A stretch of DNA of 64,000 nt from Chryseobacterium sp. (GTDB taxonomy: Bacteria; Bacteroidota; Bacteroidia; Flavobacteriales; Weeksellaceae). Shown piece by piece: positions 1-10,075 of the stretch. Under the pieces are notes generated by a model. That model saw nothing but the letters and a program-made list of their open reading frames with translations. It was not told the DNA's origin and ran no database searches. Position 1 is the first letter of the stretch, and every line of letters begins with the position of its first letter. The DNA lies in the NCBI RefSeq assembly GCF_036650535.1, contig NZ_JAVVZM010000008.1:16334-80333 (forward strand), in the 5' to 3' direction. The translations under genes were made by a program, and so were the position numbers.

Positions 1-654
1 TTTTTGAATTAATTTTAAAGTTTCTGCCAATTCTTTCTGCATCAGAATGTCGCCTGATTTCCAAACTTCATTTTTTACAAATGCATTGGAAGTTTTATTA
101 TATTTTTGAAAATATTCTTTATGGGAATTTAATAATCTGGCTTCCTGTTCAGTAATGGCAAAACCCTTTTCAGCCAAATCAATGGCAGGTTGAATCAGTT
201 TTTCCATCGGAAGATTGCAATGCTTTAAAGTTGCAAAAAATCCCGCCACACTTCCAGGAATTCCAACCGCTAATCTTCCGTTTTGAGACAAATCGGTATT
301 GGCTTTTCCATTTTTGCTGAGGTACATATTTTTGGAAGCGTTTTTAGGAGCTGTTTCACGATAATCGAGTGTGAATTTTTCCCCGCTATTTTTTACACCC
401 ACCAAAAAACCGCCGCCACCAATATTTCCGGCTTGAGGATAAACAACAGCTAAAGCGTATTGTGTAGCAACCACTGCATCATAAGCATTTCCACCCATTT
501 TTAGAATTTTTGCTCCGGCTTCACTTGCCAAAGGATGCGCAGAAACTACAACTCCTTTATTTTTCACTTTAACTTCTTTTACAATATTAATATCAGTGTA
601 CTGTGCTGAAAGCGAGCAAGAAAGCAGAATGAAGGAAATAATAATTTTTTTCAT
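1..654 (-). CDS. ggt: Gamma-glutamyltransferase, N-terminal part; runs off the left edge of the window
   Basis: Manual translation from ATG at 654: MKKIIISFILLSCSLSAQ...GVVVSAHPLASEAGAKILKMGGNAYDAVVATQYALAVVYPQAGNIGGGGF...DYRETAP. These are classic GGT N-terminal motifs. Absent from the ORF track because it is incomplete. Confidence 0.93.
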   Translation of the reverse strand, partial: MKKIIISFILLSCSLSAQYTDINIVKEVKVKNKGVVVSAHPLASEAGAKILKMGGNAYDAVVATQYALAVVYPQAGNIGGGGFLVGVKNSGEKFTLDYRETAPKNASKNMYLSKNGKANTDLSQNGRLAVGIPGSVAGFFATLKHCNLPMEKLIQPAIDLAEKGFAITEQEARLLNSHKEYFQKYNKTSNAFVKNEVWKSGDILMQKELAETLKLIQK

Positions 655-710
655 TTGTAAAAATTGTAATCGAATTTACAATTTTGTTTTAAAATAGGGT
701 CTAAAATTTC

Positions 711-718
711 TATTTTTG
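711..718 (+). promoter_or_regulatory. Bacteroidota sigma-A -7 element (TATTTTTG) for the epimerase gene
   Basis: Matches TAnnTTTG, 26 nt upstream of the ATG at 745. Confidence 0.6.
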
Positions 719-744
719 CTTTTATCATAATAATAAAAAGTAAA

Positions 745-1710
745 ATGGAGTCTTATACGGAAAAAATATTGATTACAGGGGCTTTAGGGCAAATCGGAAC
801 TGAGTTGACGAATAGATTGGTAGAGATACATGGAGCTGATAATGTAGTTGCTTCAGGTCTTGACAGATGGCAAAAGGGTCTAACTTCTGCCGGACATTAC
901 GAAAGAATGGATGTTACCAACACGCAATTGGTAAGACAGGTCATCAAAGATTACGAAATCACAACAGTGTATCATTTAGCTTCTCTTTTATCAGGAACAT
1001 CAGAAAAGCAGCCTATTTTCGCATGGAAATTAAATCTTGAGCCACTTCTTCAGTTTTGTGAACTGGCGAAAGAAGGTTTGCTTAAAAAGATTTTCTGGCC
1101 AAGTTCTATCGCTGTTTTCGGTAAAGGAATTCCAAAAGAAAATGTAGGTCAGGATGTCGTTTTAAACCCTACTACAGTTTACGGTATTTCTAAAATGGCG
1201 GGAGAAAAATGGTGTGAATATTATTTTGATAAATATGGAGTAGATGTAAGAAGTATCCGTTATCCTGGTTTGATTTCTTGGAAAACTCCTGCAGGTGGAG
1301 GAACTACTGATTATGCCGTTGAGATTTTCTATGAAGCAATTGAAGAAGGAAAATATACAAGTTTTATTTCTGAAAATACAGGAATGCCAATGTTGTATAT
1401 GGATGATGCCATCAATGCAACGTTACAGTTAATGGATGCTCCAAAAGAAAGTCTTACTGTTCGTTCTTCTTATAATTTAGGTGGAATGTCTTTTACTCCA
1501 GCAGAATTGGCAGCTGAAATTAAAAAAGAAATTCCTGAATTTGAAATTGATTACAAACCGGATTTCAGACAGGCAATTGCAGATTCTTGGCCAGCTTCAA
1601 TTGATGATTCTGTTGCTAAAAAAGATTGGGGATTATCTTATGATTTCGGAATTTCTGAGATGTCGAAAGATATGATCAAAAATTTAAAAGTAAAATTGAA
1701 TAAAAATTAA
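745..1710 (+). CDS. NAD-dependent epimerase/dehydratase (extended SDR, L-threonine 3-dehydrogenase-like)
   Basis: GALGQIG Rossmann motif, YGISK catalytic YxxxK, GGGTTDYAV segment typical of SDR-type threonine dehydrogenases. Confidence 0.85.
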   Translation: MESYTEKILITGALGQIGTELTNRLVEIHGADNVVASGLDRWQKGLTSAGHYERMDVTNTQLVRQVIKDYEITTVYHLASLLSGTSEKQPIFAWKLNLEPLLQFCELAKEGLLKKIFWPSSIAVFGKGIPKENVGQDVVLNPTTVYGISKMAGEKWCEYYFDKYGVDVRSIRYPGLISWKTPAGGGTTDYAVEIFYEAIEEGKYTSFISENTGMPMLYMDDAINATLQLMDAPKESLTVRSSYNLGGMSFTPAELAAEIKKEIPEFEIDYKPDFRQAIADSWPASIDDSVAKKDWGLSYDFGISEMSKDMIKNLKVKLNKN

Positions 1711-1734
1711 TTAAGATAATATAGAATATTTTTT

Positions 1735-1838
1735 AAACCGCAAAAGCAGCAAAAGATTTTATTACGGAGTAAGCTGTTCAAAAGCACACAAAATTAGTAA
1801 TAAATGAAAGTTTTACATTTCTTTTGACTCTTTGTGGA
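1735..1838. repeat. Imperfect palindromic intergenic element (AAACCGCAAAAGCAGCAAAAG ... CTTTTGACTCTTTGTGG)
   Basis: Terminal inverted arms built from ~9-bp units; same family as 45853-46026 and 50231-50358. Confidence 0.55.
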
Positions 1839-1886
1839 AAAAAATATCATGTTTATTAATTATAAATTTCATCTAAAATCTATTAA

Positions 1887-2639
1887 ATGATATTGCTCAC
1901 TTTTAACATCATAAATTTTGAGGCTGGAACTAAAAACAGCATTGTTATTTCTGATGATGAAAGATTGAAAATTACCGAAAGTAATACAAAAGCAATTCTC
2001 AGGATTTTAGATCTTCACGATATCAAAGCAAGTTTTTTTGTAGAGATTTCTATTGCAGAAAAACTTCAGAATTTACTAAAAGCAATTTCTGCTCAAGGGC
2101 ATGAAATTGCTTTTTATAATAAAGATTCGAGTCTTGAAAAGATCGATCAAGTAAAAAAAACGATTCAGGATTTTCTTGAAAAACAAATCAAAGGAATTCG
2201 GCAGAAAGACAACCAATTTTCTTTAGAAGAATTAAAATCAATCGGTTTTAATTATATCTCAAACATCGATCACGCAGATATTCTGTTTCCTTTTAAACGT
2301 TTAAAAAGAACCTCTGAAATCATTGAAGATAACGGATTGAGCATTGTTCCGGAAAGCATTTCTCCATACAGTCAGTTGCCTTATAATGATTTTATTTTTC
2401 AGATATTGCCGATGCAATATTATCAGAATATGGTTTTTGAAACCTTAAAAAATGATGATTTTGTATTGATTTACCTTGAATCCTGGCAGTTTACCGACCT
2501 CAATAAATATCAGTTTAAACTTCCGTTTTATCGAAGGTTTTATTTAGGAAAAAAAATGGAAGATAAACTGGAAGCTTTTCTTTCATGGATTAATGAAAAG
2601 GAATTGGCTACTTCAAGAATGAAGGATTATATATTTTAG
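1887..2639 (+). CDS. Polysaccharide deacetylase family protein
   Basis: ILLTFN...ASFFVE...GHEIA NodB-like motifs (partly degenerate); C-terminal FVLIYLESWQF segment. Confidence 0.7.
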   Translation: MILLTFNIINFEAGTKNSIVISDDERLKITESNTKAILRILDLHDIKASFFVEISIAEKLQNLLKAISAQGHEIAFYNKDSSLEKIDQVKKTIQDFLEKQIKGIRQKDNQFSLEELKSIGFNYISNIDHADILFPFKRLKRTSEIIEDNGLSIVPESISPYSQLPYNDFIFQILPMQYYQNMVFETLKNDDFVLIYLESWQFTDLNKYQFKLPFYRRFYLGKKMEDKLEAFLSWINEKELATSRMKDYIF

Positions 2640-2805
2640 TTTCGAGTTTCGAGTTTCGAGTTTCGAGTTTCGAGTTCCGAGATTCGAGTTTAAAGATTCG
2701 TGGATTGAAATTCGAGATTTAAACCTGAAACTAAAAAAACCTCGAAACTCAAATCCATGATTGCGAATCTCGGAACATGAAACTCGTATCGCGCAGCTCG
2801 CACCT
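2639..2805. repeat. Heptad-repeat hairpin: (GTTTCGA)x5 plus degenerate heptads, followed by reverse-complement heptads (CTCGAAA...)
   Basis: Five perfect GTTTCGA copies at 2639-2673, 7-bp phase continuing to ~2729, complementary arm ~2741-2805, between two convergent stop codons. Confidence 0.85.
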
Positions 2806-4011
2806 CTAACTCAATTCAAAAAGCGTAATTTCCGGTAAAACTCCAACTCTTCCTGGGTAGCCCAAAACTCCGAAACCTCTGTTTACATAGAGCATTTTTC
2901 CTTCACTTTCATATAAATCTGCCCATTTCGGATACTTGTACTGAACGGGAGACCATTTTATATTTTTTAAATCTAAACCAAACTGCATTCCGTGGGTATG
3001 TCCTGAAAGCGTTAAATGAATATCTTTAGGATGTTTTTTCACTACGTAATCAAAATGAGTAGGGTCGTGGCTCATTAATATTTTAGTGGCGTTTTGTGGA
3101 ACGTTTTCCAGAGCTTTATCAATATCTCCATATTGTGGAAATGGTTTTAATCCCCAATTTTCAACACCTAAAATATAGATATTCTCTCCGTTTTTTTCGA
3201 TAATTCTGTTTTCATTACGAAGCATGTCAAAACCAGCCTGTCTTTGATAATCAATTAAGGCTTCAAGATTTTTGTTTTGTTCATCCTTAGAATTCCATTT
3301 TACATAATCACCATAATCATGATTTCCTAAGACGGCAAATTTTCCATCTTTCGCTTTAATTTTAGAAAATAAAGGAATAAATGGTTTAAATTCATCTGCA
3401 ACATTGTTCACCATATCTCCTGTAAACAAAACTAAATCTGGATTTTGCTCATTAATTAATTCAATGGCATGCTGCAATTTATTTGGATCTGAAAAACTTC
3501 CGCTGTGAACATCAGAGATTTGAATGATTTTATATCCTTTAAAACTTTTTGGAAGATTAGCAAATTTTACTTTTACTCTTCTTACTGTGTGACGGTATTT
3601 TCCAAACGTAATCCCGTCAATAAACAAAGCCGAAAGTACACCGCCTAAACCTAATCCCATTAAGCTTAAAAATTTCCTTCTTTCCGGAAAAAAATTCTCC
3701 GTAGGCCTCATTAATCCTACCAAATAACCTCCTGTTCGAAAAATATCATCAATTAAAAGAAACAGTACAACGAATATTTTTGGAAGAATGAAAACTAAAA
3801 ATAAAATACTGATTAATTGCGGCGAATGCGAACCTTTATCACTTCTCTGAAAGTTCAGGACTTCATAGATAAGTAAACCGTAAACTCCTAAGTATAGAAT
3901 GATGTAGCCTAATTTAACCCAAAAATTATCTGTGAGTGTTCTTATTGCCTGATAAATATAGATTTCCATCACTAGAAAAATACCGGCAATAATTAAAAAA
4001 TTTCTTTGCAT
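2806..4011 (-). CDS. Membrane-anchored calcineurin-like metallophosphoesterase (YkuE-like)
   Basis: DVH, GD, GNHD, SH and GHTH motifs; N-terminal TM helices; RRKFL twin-Arg-like segment. Confidence 0.9.
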   Translation of the reverse strand: MQRNFLIIAGIFLVMEIYIYQAIRTLTDNFWVKLGYIILYLGVYGLLIYEVLNFQRSDKGSHSPQLISILFLVFILPKIFVVLFLLIDDIFRTGGYLVGLMRPTENFFPERRKFLSLMGLGLGGVLSALFIDGITFGKYRHTVRRVKVKFANLPKSFKGYKIIQISDVHSGSFSDPNKLQHAIELINEQNPDLVLFTGDMVNNVADEFKPFIPLFSKIKAKDGKFAVLGNHDYGDYVKWNSKDEQNKNLEALIDYQRQAGFDMLRNENRIIEKNGENIYILGVENWGLKPFPQYGDIDKALENVPQNATKILMSHDPTHFDYVVKKHPKDIHLTLSGHTHGMQFGLDLKNIKWSPVQYKYPKWADLYESEGKMLYVNRGFGVLGYPGRVGVLPEITLFELS

Positions 4012-4085
4012 AACTAAATTTTATAAAAAAGCACAAAAGAAAAATTTCCTTTTGTGCTTCAATATTTTATTAAATAACTTAAAAT

Positions 4086-5153
4086 TTAAGGAAATTTATA
4101 TACAATAGCATTAATGTTCATTCCGGCTCCAACCGAAGTCATCACAATGTTACCTTTATCTTTAAACGTATGACCCTCCATTTTTCCTTTAATTATTAAA
4201 TCAAACATGGTAGGAATTGTTGCTACAGAAGTATTTCCCAAATCCTGAACCGTCATAGGAGATACAGAATGATCGTAATCTTTTACATCATAAAGCTTGT
4301 GAAGTCTGTCTATCATTGCATAATCCATTTTAGCATTCGCTTGGTGGATCAATATTTTGTCGATATCTTCAATAGATAATTTTGCGTCTTCGATGGTTTC
4401 TTTAATAGCTCCAGGAACATTTTTAAGAGCATACTCATAAATTTTTCTTCCCTGCATTCTTACAAATAAACGAGTCTGATCTGATTCTTCATTAATTGAA
4501 GGTCCATTTGCAAGATAATTCAATTCAGGTCCGTTATCACAAATTGTATTGTGAGCGATAATCCCTACATTTTCTTCGTCAGTGGCTTGTACTACTACAG
4601 CTCCCGCTCCATCTGCAAAAATCATCCTGTTCCTATCATAAGGGTCGGTAACTCTGCTTAAAGTTTCAGCACCGATAACAAGAATTGTTTTGGCAACTTT
4701 AGCTTTAATTAAGTTATCTGCTAAAATCATGGCTTCAACCCATCCAGGGCAACCGAAAATCATATCGTAAGTAATACATTTTCTGTTTTTGATACCTAAT
4801 TTGTTTTTAACTCTTGCTGCCATGGTTGGCATAAAATCTACATAACCATTGGTGGTAACCTCACCAAAATTACTGGCGTAAATAATATAATCAAGCTCTT
4901 CCTGATCTACATTTGCATCAGCAATAGCAATTTTTGCAGCTTCAAAACCGATTTGTGAATTTGAAAGATTTTCATCAATAAATCTCCTGTTTTCTATCTC
5001 TGTAATTTCAACAAATTTTGCAATAGTTTCTTCAACAGGTTTGTCAATCTTTACTCCTTCGTCCGTATAAAACTCTGAATCTAAGAAAAAATCTCTTCCA
5101 ATTACTCTATTCGGAAGATAAGATCCGGAACCAATAATGATCGTATTTGGCAT
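4086..5153 (-). CDS. 3-oxoacyl-ACP synthase III family protein (FabH-like)
   Basis: Cys-His-Asn triad in FGCPGW, HQAN and GNTS; FADGAGA motif. Confidence 0.9.
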   Translation of the reverse strand: MPNTIIIGSGSYLPNRVIGRDFFLDSEFYTDEGVKIDKPVEETIAKFVEITEIENRRFIDENLSNSQIGFEAAKIAIADANVDQEELDYIIYASNFGEVTTNGYVDFMPTMAARVKNKLGIKNRKCITYDMIFGCPGWVEAMILADNLIKAKVAKTILVIGAETLSRVTDPYDRNRMIFADGAGAVVVQATDEENVGIIAHNTICDNGPELNYLANGPSINEESDQTRLFVRMQGRKIYEYALKNVPGAIKETIEDAKLSIEDIDKILIHQANAKMDYAMIDRLHKLYDVKDYDHSVSPMTVQDLGNTSVATIPTMFDLIIKGKMEGHTFKDKGNIVMTSVGAGMNINAIVYKFP

Positions 5154-5253
5154 TCGCGTATGTAATTTTTTAAAGATGCAAAGTTAATAATTAATATTAA
5201 TAAGAAAGAATTAAAAATATTATTAAATTTGCAAAAATTGTTTCAGCCAATCT

Positions 5254-5823
5254 ATGAAAAACAATCCATCTTTAAAAGGTTTAATTATTGCTGCTGTGGT
5301 ATTTATCGGTGCTTTTGCCGTATACAACTTCTTTTTGGCAAAGAAAAACTATTATCTTGTAGATAATCCTACTCCCAATACGTACTATTTTAAAATTAAT
5401 AATGGCTCTGAAGGGGTTATTTCGGCAGGTCAGTTTGTAAAGGTAGATTTACAAAAAGGAAAAAATTCTATTAAAGTTTTTGATCAAAATAAGAAGATGC
5501 TTTATGATTCTGCTTTTGAGGTCAATAAGGTTCGTGGTCTTTTAAATATCGCTCATAAAGATTATTATATCAATGAGCAATATTATGGGTACAATCTTAA
5601 AAAAGATTCATTACTTTTGGCGTTAGATAAAACCATCATTGATGGAAAACAATATTATGGAGGTGCTAAACGTTTTAATAAACTCTACACAGAAGATTTT
5701 TATTATAATGTAGATGAAGATTATGATCAGATGATCAAAAATATTCAGAAAGTAGAATCCCGTACAAAGATCTTCCGCAAGCAGGATTATCTTAATTATT
5801 ATAAAGAATACTATAAGTTTTAA
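5254..5823 (+). CDS. Hypothetical protein with N-terminal membrane anchor
   Basis: 189-aa ORF, one hydrophobic helix, TAAATTTG -7 box at 5224-5231, first gene of an apparent operon with ubiE and porT. Confidence 0.7.
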   Translation: MKNNPSLKGLIIAAVVFIGAFAVYNFFLAKKNYYLVDNPTPNTYYFKINNGSEGVISAGQFVKVDLQKGKNSIKVFDQNKKMLYDSAFEVNKVRGLLNIAHKDYYINEQYYGYNLKKDSLLLALDKTIIDGKQYYGGAKRFNKLYTEDFYYNVDEDYDQMIKNIQKVESRTKIFRKQDYLNYYKEYYKF

Positions 5824-5826
5824 GTT

Positions 5827-6558
5827 TTGACAAAAGATATCAACCAAGTAACGCCCTACAATTCTGAATCTAGTAAAAAGAGTCAGGTAGAGGACATGTT
5901 CGACAACATTGCGCCTAAATACGATTTACTAAACCATGTATTGTCTATGAAAATAGATGTGCTTTGGAGAAATAAATTAGTAAAATGGATGAATCATGAT
6001 GCTCCAAAAGAAACATTGGATGTCGCTACAGGAACCGGTGATTTAGCCATTGCCGTAGAAAAAGGAACCGGTGCAAAAGTAGTGGGATTAGATTTGTCGC
6101 AACAAATGTTAAATGTTGGCATTATTAAAATAAAAAAACTTAATTTAGACGGCAAAATTTCCATGCAAAAGGGCGATGCAGAAAATTTACCTTTCGAGGA
6201 TAATAGATTTGATGCTGTTTCTGTTGCTTTTGGAGTGAGAAATTTTGAGAACCTTACCAAAGGTTTGGCAGAGCTGAGAAGAGTGGTTAAAGAAAATAAA
6301 AGTGTTTATATTCTTGAGTTTTCTAAAGTAGAGGGGTTTTTAGGTCCATTTTATATGTTTTATTTCAAAAACATATTGCCGGCAATCGGTAGATTGATAT
6401 CTAAAGACAATAGAGCATACAGTTATCTTCCCGATTCTGTAAATGCATTTCCGTTTGGTGAAAAGATGAGACAAATTCTTTTAGATACAGGATTTAAAAA
6501 AGTAGAATACAAAAAATTAAGTTTAGGTATAGCCACAATTTATAAAGCAACAAAATAA
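5827..6558 (+). CDS. ubiE: Demethylmenaquinone methyltransferase UbiE/MenG
   Basis: MFDNIAPKYDLLNHVLS, LDVATGTGD, FGVRN and ILEFS motifs. Confidence 0.95.
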   Translation: MTKDINQVTPYNSESSKKSQVEDMFDNIAPKYDLLNHVLSMKIDVLWRNKLVKWMNHDAPKETLDVATGTGDLAIAVEKGTGAKVVGLDLSQQMLNVGIIKIKKLNLDGKISMQKGDAENLPFEDNRFDAVSVAFGVRNFENLTKGLAELRRVVKENKSVYILEFSKVEGFLGPFYMFYFKNILPAIGRLISKDNRAYSYLPDSVNAFPFGEKMRQILLDTGFKKVEYKKLSLGIATIYKATK

Positions 6559-6561
6559 CCT

Positions 6562-7344
6562 ATGAATAAATTTCTATTAAAAGCTCTGGTTTTAACCTCA
6601 GTTAATATTGCATTCTTTGCAGATGCTCAATTTAGAACCCGTAACAGGATGGACAAGTTGGAAGACTTTGACCAAAAAACAGTCAGCTGGGGTTTCTATT
6701 TGAATGCAAATATGATAGACTACAAAATTGTGTTTGACCCTCGATACGGGATGTTTGAAAATCATAATCTTGTATCTTCTAAAGAAAGCACTAGCTTCGG
6801 AGCAGGTCTTATTGCCAAGTTTAGATTGAATGATTATTTAGACGTAAGAGTAGAGCCGGGTTTGCAGTTTGCTCAAAGAGAATTAACTTTTAATACAGAT
6901 ACTAATTCAATGTATAAGGATGGAAGTTTGACTAACGCTCCATTTATTCCTATCGCTTTAACAGATAAAGACAGAATAAGAGAAATTAAATCTACTTTAA
7001 TTGATATTCCTGTGATGTTAGAATTACACGGGCAAAGATGGTACAACTCAAGACCATATGTTGCAGCAGGGGTAAACTACATTGTTAATCTACAATCCAA
7101 TTCAGACTCTCCAGATGACAATATGCAGCAGGTTTTCAGATCTACAACGCATAATTTTGCTTGGTCTGCAGAAATGGGAATTCAGTTCTATTTTAATAAA
7201 TTTAAATTAACTCCAGCAGTAAGAGGAACATTCTTTATGAATAACGAGATGGTTGCGGATAACGCTACTACGCCTCCTTATTGGTCTGCAGCAGTTTCCA
7301 CATTGCAAACAAGAGCAATTATGTTTGTTTTGAAGTTTGAATAA
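6562..7344 (+). CDS. porT: Type IX secretion/gliding outer-membrane beta-barrel protein PorT/SprT
   Basis: Signal peptide then Q; WGFYL, LRVEPG, IDIPV beta-strands; C-terminal LKFE; conserved position after ubiE in Bacteroidota. Confidence 0.8.
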   Translation: MNKFLLKALVLTSVNIAFFADAQFRTRNRMDKLEDFDQKTVSWGFYLNANMIDYKIVFDPRYGMFENHNLVSSKESTSFGAGLIAKFRLNDYLDVRVEPGLQFAQRELTFNTDTNSMYKDGSLTNAPFIPIALTDKDRIREIKSTLIDIPVMLELHGQRWYNSRPYVAAGVNYIVNLQSNSDSPDDNMQQVFRSTTHNFAWSAEMGIQFYFNKFKLTPAVRGTFFMNNEMVADNATTPPYWSAAVSTLQTRAIMFVLKFE

Positions 7345-7363
7345 TATAATGTAAAATTAATAT

Positions 7364-7393
7364 AAAAAGGAGGTGCTTGGCATCTCCTTTTTT
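7364..7393 (+). terminator. Intrinsic terminator after porT
   Basis: AAAAAGGAGGTGC-TTG-GCATCTCCTTTTTT stem-loop with U-tract. Confidence 0.8.
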
Positions 7394-7481
7394 ATTTTTG
7401 TCAAAATATAGAGATTATTATTTTCGTCGGTACTAATATTTTCCTATTTTTGCTAATAGTTAGAAAATTTATAAACCTGAA

Positions 7482-7784
7482 ATGCTTCAAGAATTAGAAA
7501 ATAATTTTTCAGAAATAGAAAAAAAAATTTTGGGACTTCAAAAAAGCCATCAAAATTTATCTGAAAAATATTTAGAATTAAGTAAAGAGCATACTGAGCT
7601 GAAGGCGAAATATGATGAGGAAAGAAAAAAAAATCAGGTACTGGCAGAAGAACAGAAAAATATAAAATTGTATTCAGCAATATCAGGAAATCCTGAACAC
7701 AATAGACTCATGAAAAACCACATCAACCGATTGGTGAAAGAAGTAGACTTTTGTATTGCACAGCTTCAAAATAGTGGATTATAA
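7482..7784 (+). CDS. Coiled-coil protein, ZapB-like, co-transcribed with zapA
   Basis: 100 aa with heptad coiled-coil pattern; stop overlaps the zapA start by one base; TATTTTTG -7 box at 7445-7452. Confidence 0.7.
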   Translation: MLQELENNFSEIEKKILGLQKSHQNLSEKYLELSKEHTELKAKYDEERKKNQVLAEEQKNIKLYSAISGNPEHNRLMKNHINRLVKEVDFCIAQLQNSGL

Positions 7785-8071
7785 TGGAGGTAAGGAGAAT
7801 AACCATCAACATTGCAGGAAGAGTGTATCCGCTAAATGTACCCGCAGCAGAAGAAGAAACACTGCGTAAAGTGGGGAAGCAAATTGAAAATATGATTAAA
7901 GATTTTGAACAAAATTTTGATGTAAGAGATAAACAAGATGCTTTGGCAATGTGTGCCCTAAAATTGGGAACGAATGCAGAAGTAGTAGCTCTAAATCATG
8001 ATAAAAATATACAATCTACCAACGAAAGATTAGTGAAAATCAATCAGTCGCTGGATGATATAGGAAAATAG
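7784..8071 (+). CDS. zapA: Cell division protein ZapA
   Basis: ITINIAGRVYPL...EEETLRKVGKQI...DKQDALAMCAL pattern. Confidence 0.9.
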   Translation: MEVRRITINIAGRVYPLNVPAAEEETLRKVGKQIENMIKDFEQNFDVRDKQDALAMCALKLGTNAEVVALNHDKNIQSTNERLVKINQSLDDIGK

Positions 8072-8087
8072 AATTTTTTTCCGGAAA

Positions 8088-8256
8088 AACTGCCTACAGT
8101 AATTCTAACACATTAAGGTAAACTCAACACTAAACAATTAATGTTCGAAAGTCTTTTCAATGGCGTGCTGCATTACGCAGATTACAGAGAGAAGGAATCA
8201 GATCAAATCGTGGAGATCAGGAGTTTACTCTAAATCTATGAATTGCTGTGGGTTTT
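8088..8256 (+). ncRNA. ssrS: 6S RNA (flavobacterial type)
   Basis: About 170 nt between zapA and rny. CCUACAGUAAUUC (8093-8105) pairs fully with GAAUUGCUGUGGG (8240-8252), and GUAAACUC pairs with GAGUUUAC, giving a long rod with a central bulge. The position downstream of zapA is the known 6S synteny. Confidence 0.8.
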
Positions 8257-8297
8257 TTATTTTAAATTAACAAGACAATTAAAAACTCAATATATAT

Positions 8298-9866
8298 ATG
8301 ACAACAGCCATAATAGTAGGCGTTATTTGCTTAGTAATCGGTGCGGTAGCAGGGATGTTTTTCTCTAAAAGTTCACTGAATACAAAAGCTAAATTCATTG
8401 TAGATGATGCAAAAAAGAACGCTGAAAACCTTATAGAAAAAGCTAATGTACAAGCTGAATCCATAAAAAAAGAAAAGAACCTTCAGGCTAAAGAAAAATT
8501 CTTAGAACTAAAGTCACAGCATGATTCAGATATTCAGTCTCGCGAAAAGAAAATGCAGGATGCTGAAAAAAGAACGAAAGACAAAGAAAATAAGCTGAAT
8601 GACGAACTTAGCAAAGCTGGAAAATTAGAAAAGGATTTAGACAGACAAATCGCTGATTATGCTAAGAAAAATGAAATTTTAGAGAAAAAGCAAAACGACT
8701 TGGAGCAGGCAACTGCTAAAAAAGTTGAAGTGCTGGAGAAAATTTCAAACTATACGGCAGAAGAAGCCAAAGCTGAATTGGTAGAAACCATGAGAGCAGA
8801 GGCTAAAACCAGAGCTCAGGCGCACGTTCAGAGCATTATGGAAGAAGCTCAATTGAATGCTAAAAGTGAGGCAAGAAAGATTGTTATTCAGACGATTCAG
8901 AGAATTGGTACCGAACAGGCAATTGAAAACTCAGTTTCGGTATTTAATATTGAATCTGATGAAGTAAAAGGTAGAATTATCGGTAGAGAAGGTAGAAACA
9001 TCCGTGCTTTAGAAGCAATGACTGGTGTAGAAATCATCGTTGATGATACTCCTGAAGCGATTCTTCTTTCATGTTTCGATCCGGTAAGAAGAGAGATTGC
9101 TAGACTATCACTTCACAGATTGGTTACAGACGGTAGAATTCACCCTGCAAGAATTGAAGAAGTTGTAGAAAAAACAAGAAAACAAATCGAAGAAGAAATT
9201 ATCGAAGTTGGTAAAAGAACCATTATCGATTTAGGAATTCACGGTTTGCATCCTGAATTGGTGAAGATCGTTGGTAGAATGAAATACCGTTCTTCTTACG
9301 GTCAAAACCTTTTACAGCACTCAAGAGAAGTTGCCAACATTGCTGCAACGATGGCTGCTGAATTAGGATTAAACGTAAAACTAGCGAAAAGAGCAGGTCT
9401 TTTACACGATATCGGTAAAGTTCCTGAGCAGGAATCTGAGCTTCCACACGCATTGTTAGGAATGCAGTGGGCTGAAAAATATGGTGAAAATGCAGAAGTT
9501 ATTAACGCTATCGGTGCTCACCACGACGAAGTAGAAATGACCTCTTTATTATCTCCAATCATTCAGGTTGCCGATGCAATTTCAGGAGCAAGACCTGGAG
9601 CAAGAAGACAGGTTTTAGAATCTTACATCCAAAGACTAAAAGATCTTGAAGCTGCAGCTTTAAGCTTTGAAGGAGTTTCTTCAGCGTATGCAATTCAGGC
9701 GGGTAGAGAATTAAGAGTAATGGTAGAAAGCAGTAGAATAAACGACGAAATGTCTTCTCAGCTTTCTTATGATATTTCTGAGAAAATTCAAAACGAATTA
9801 ACATACCCGGGACAAGTAAAAGTTACGGTAATCAGAGAAACCAGAACGGTAAATATCGCGAGATAA
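8298..9866 (+). CDS. rny: Ribonuclease Y
   Basis: N-terminal TM helix, coiled coil, KH domain ([13 protein letters not shown]), HD domain (LLHDIGK), C-terminal [10 protein letters not shown]. Confidence 0.98.
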   Translation: MTTAIIVGVICLVIGAVAGMFFSKSSLNTKAKFIVDDAKKNAENLIEKANVQAESIKKEKNLQAKEKFLELKSQHDSDIQSREKKMQDAEKRTKDKENKLNDELSKAGKLEKDLDRQIADYAKKNEILEKKQNDLEQATAKKVEVLEKISNYTAEEAKAELVETMRAEAKTRAQAHVQSIMEEAQLNAKSEARKIVIQTIQRIGTEQAIENSVSVFNIESDEVKGRIIGREGRNIRALEAMTGVEIIVDDTPEAILLSCFDPVRREIARLSLHRLVTDGRIHPARIEEVVEKTRKQIEEEIIEVGKRTIIDLGIHGLHPELVKIVGRMKYRSSYGQNLLQHSREVANIAATMAAELGLNVKLAKRAGLLHDIGKVPEQESELPHALLGMQWAEKYGENAEVINAIGAHHDEVEMTSLLSPIIQVADAISGARPGARRQVLESYIQRLKDLEAAALSFEGVSSAYAIQAGRELRVMVESSRINDEMSSQLSYDISEKIQNELTYPGQVKVTVIRETRTVNIAR

Positions 9867-9889
9867 TATAATTGTTCATCAATAATACG

Positions 9890-9923
9890 AAAGACCTTTC
9901 AAGAAATTGAAAGGTCTTTTTTT
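9890..9923 (+). terminator. Intrinsic terminator after rny
   Basis: AAAGACCTTTCAA-GAAA-TTGAAAGGTCTTTTTTT. Confidence 0.85.
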
Positions 9924-10035
9924 GAAGATTCATTAAGATTAAGTTGTTTTTATGAACTCTTTTGTTTAAATTAAAATTTATGTGAATATTTGATAATACT
10001 TATTATTTTATGGTGATTTATTTATAAATAATATT

Positions 10036-10043
10036 TAAATTTG
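10036..10043 (+). promoter_or_regulatory. -7 promoter element (TAAATTTG) of peptide gene 1
   Basis: Exact TAnnTTTG, 32 nt upstream of the ATG at 10076. Confidence 0.6.
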
Positions 10044-10075
10044 GTGACCAAACTATAATTTAAAAAACTAATCAC

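Noticed and set aside
661-684. Inverted repeat AAATTGTAA-N6-TTACAATTT between ggt and the epimerase gene
   Set aside because: Very AT-rich and overlapping a plausible -7-like element for ggt; there is no second copy to support an operator call.
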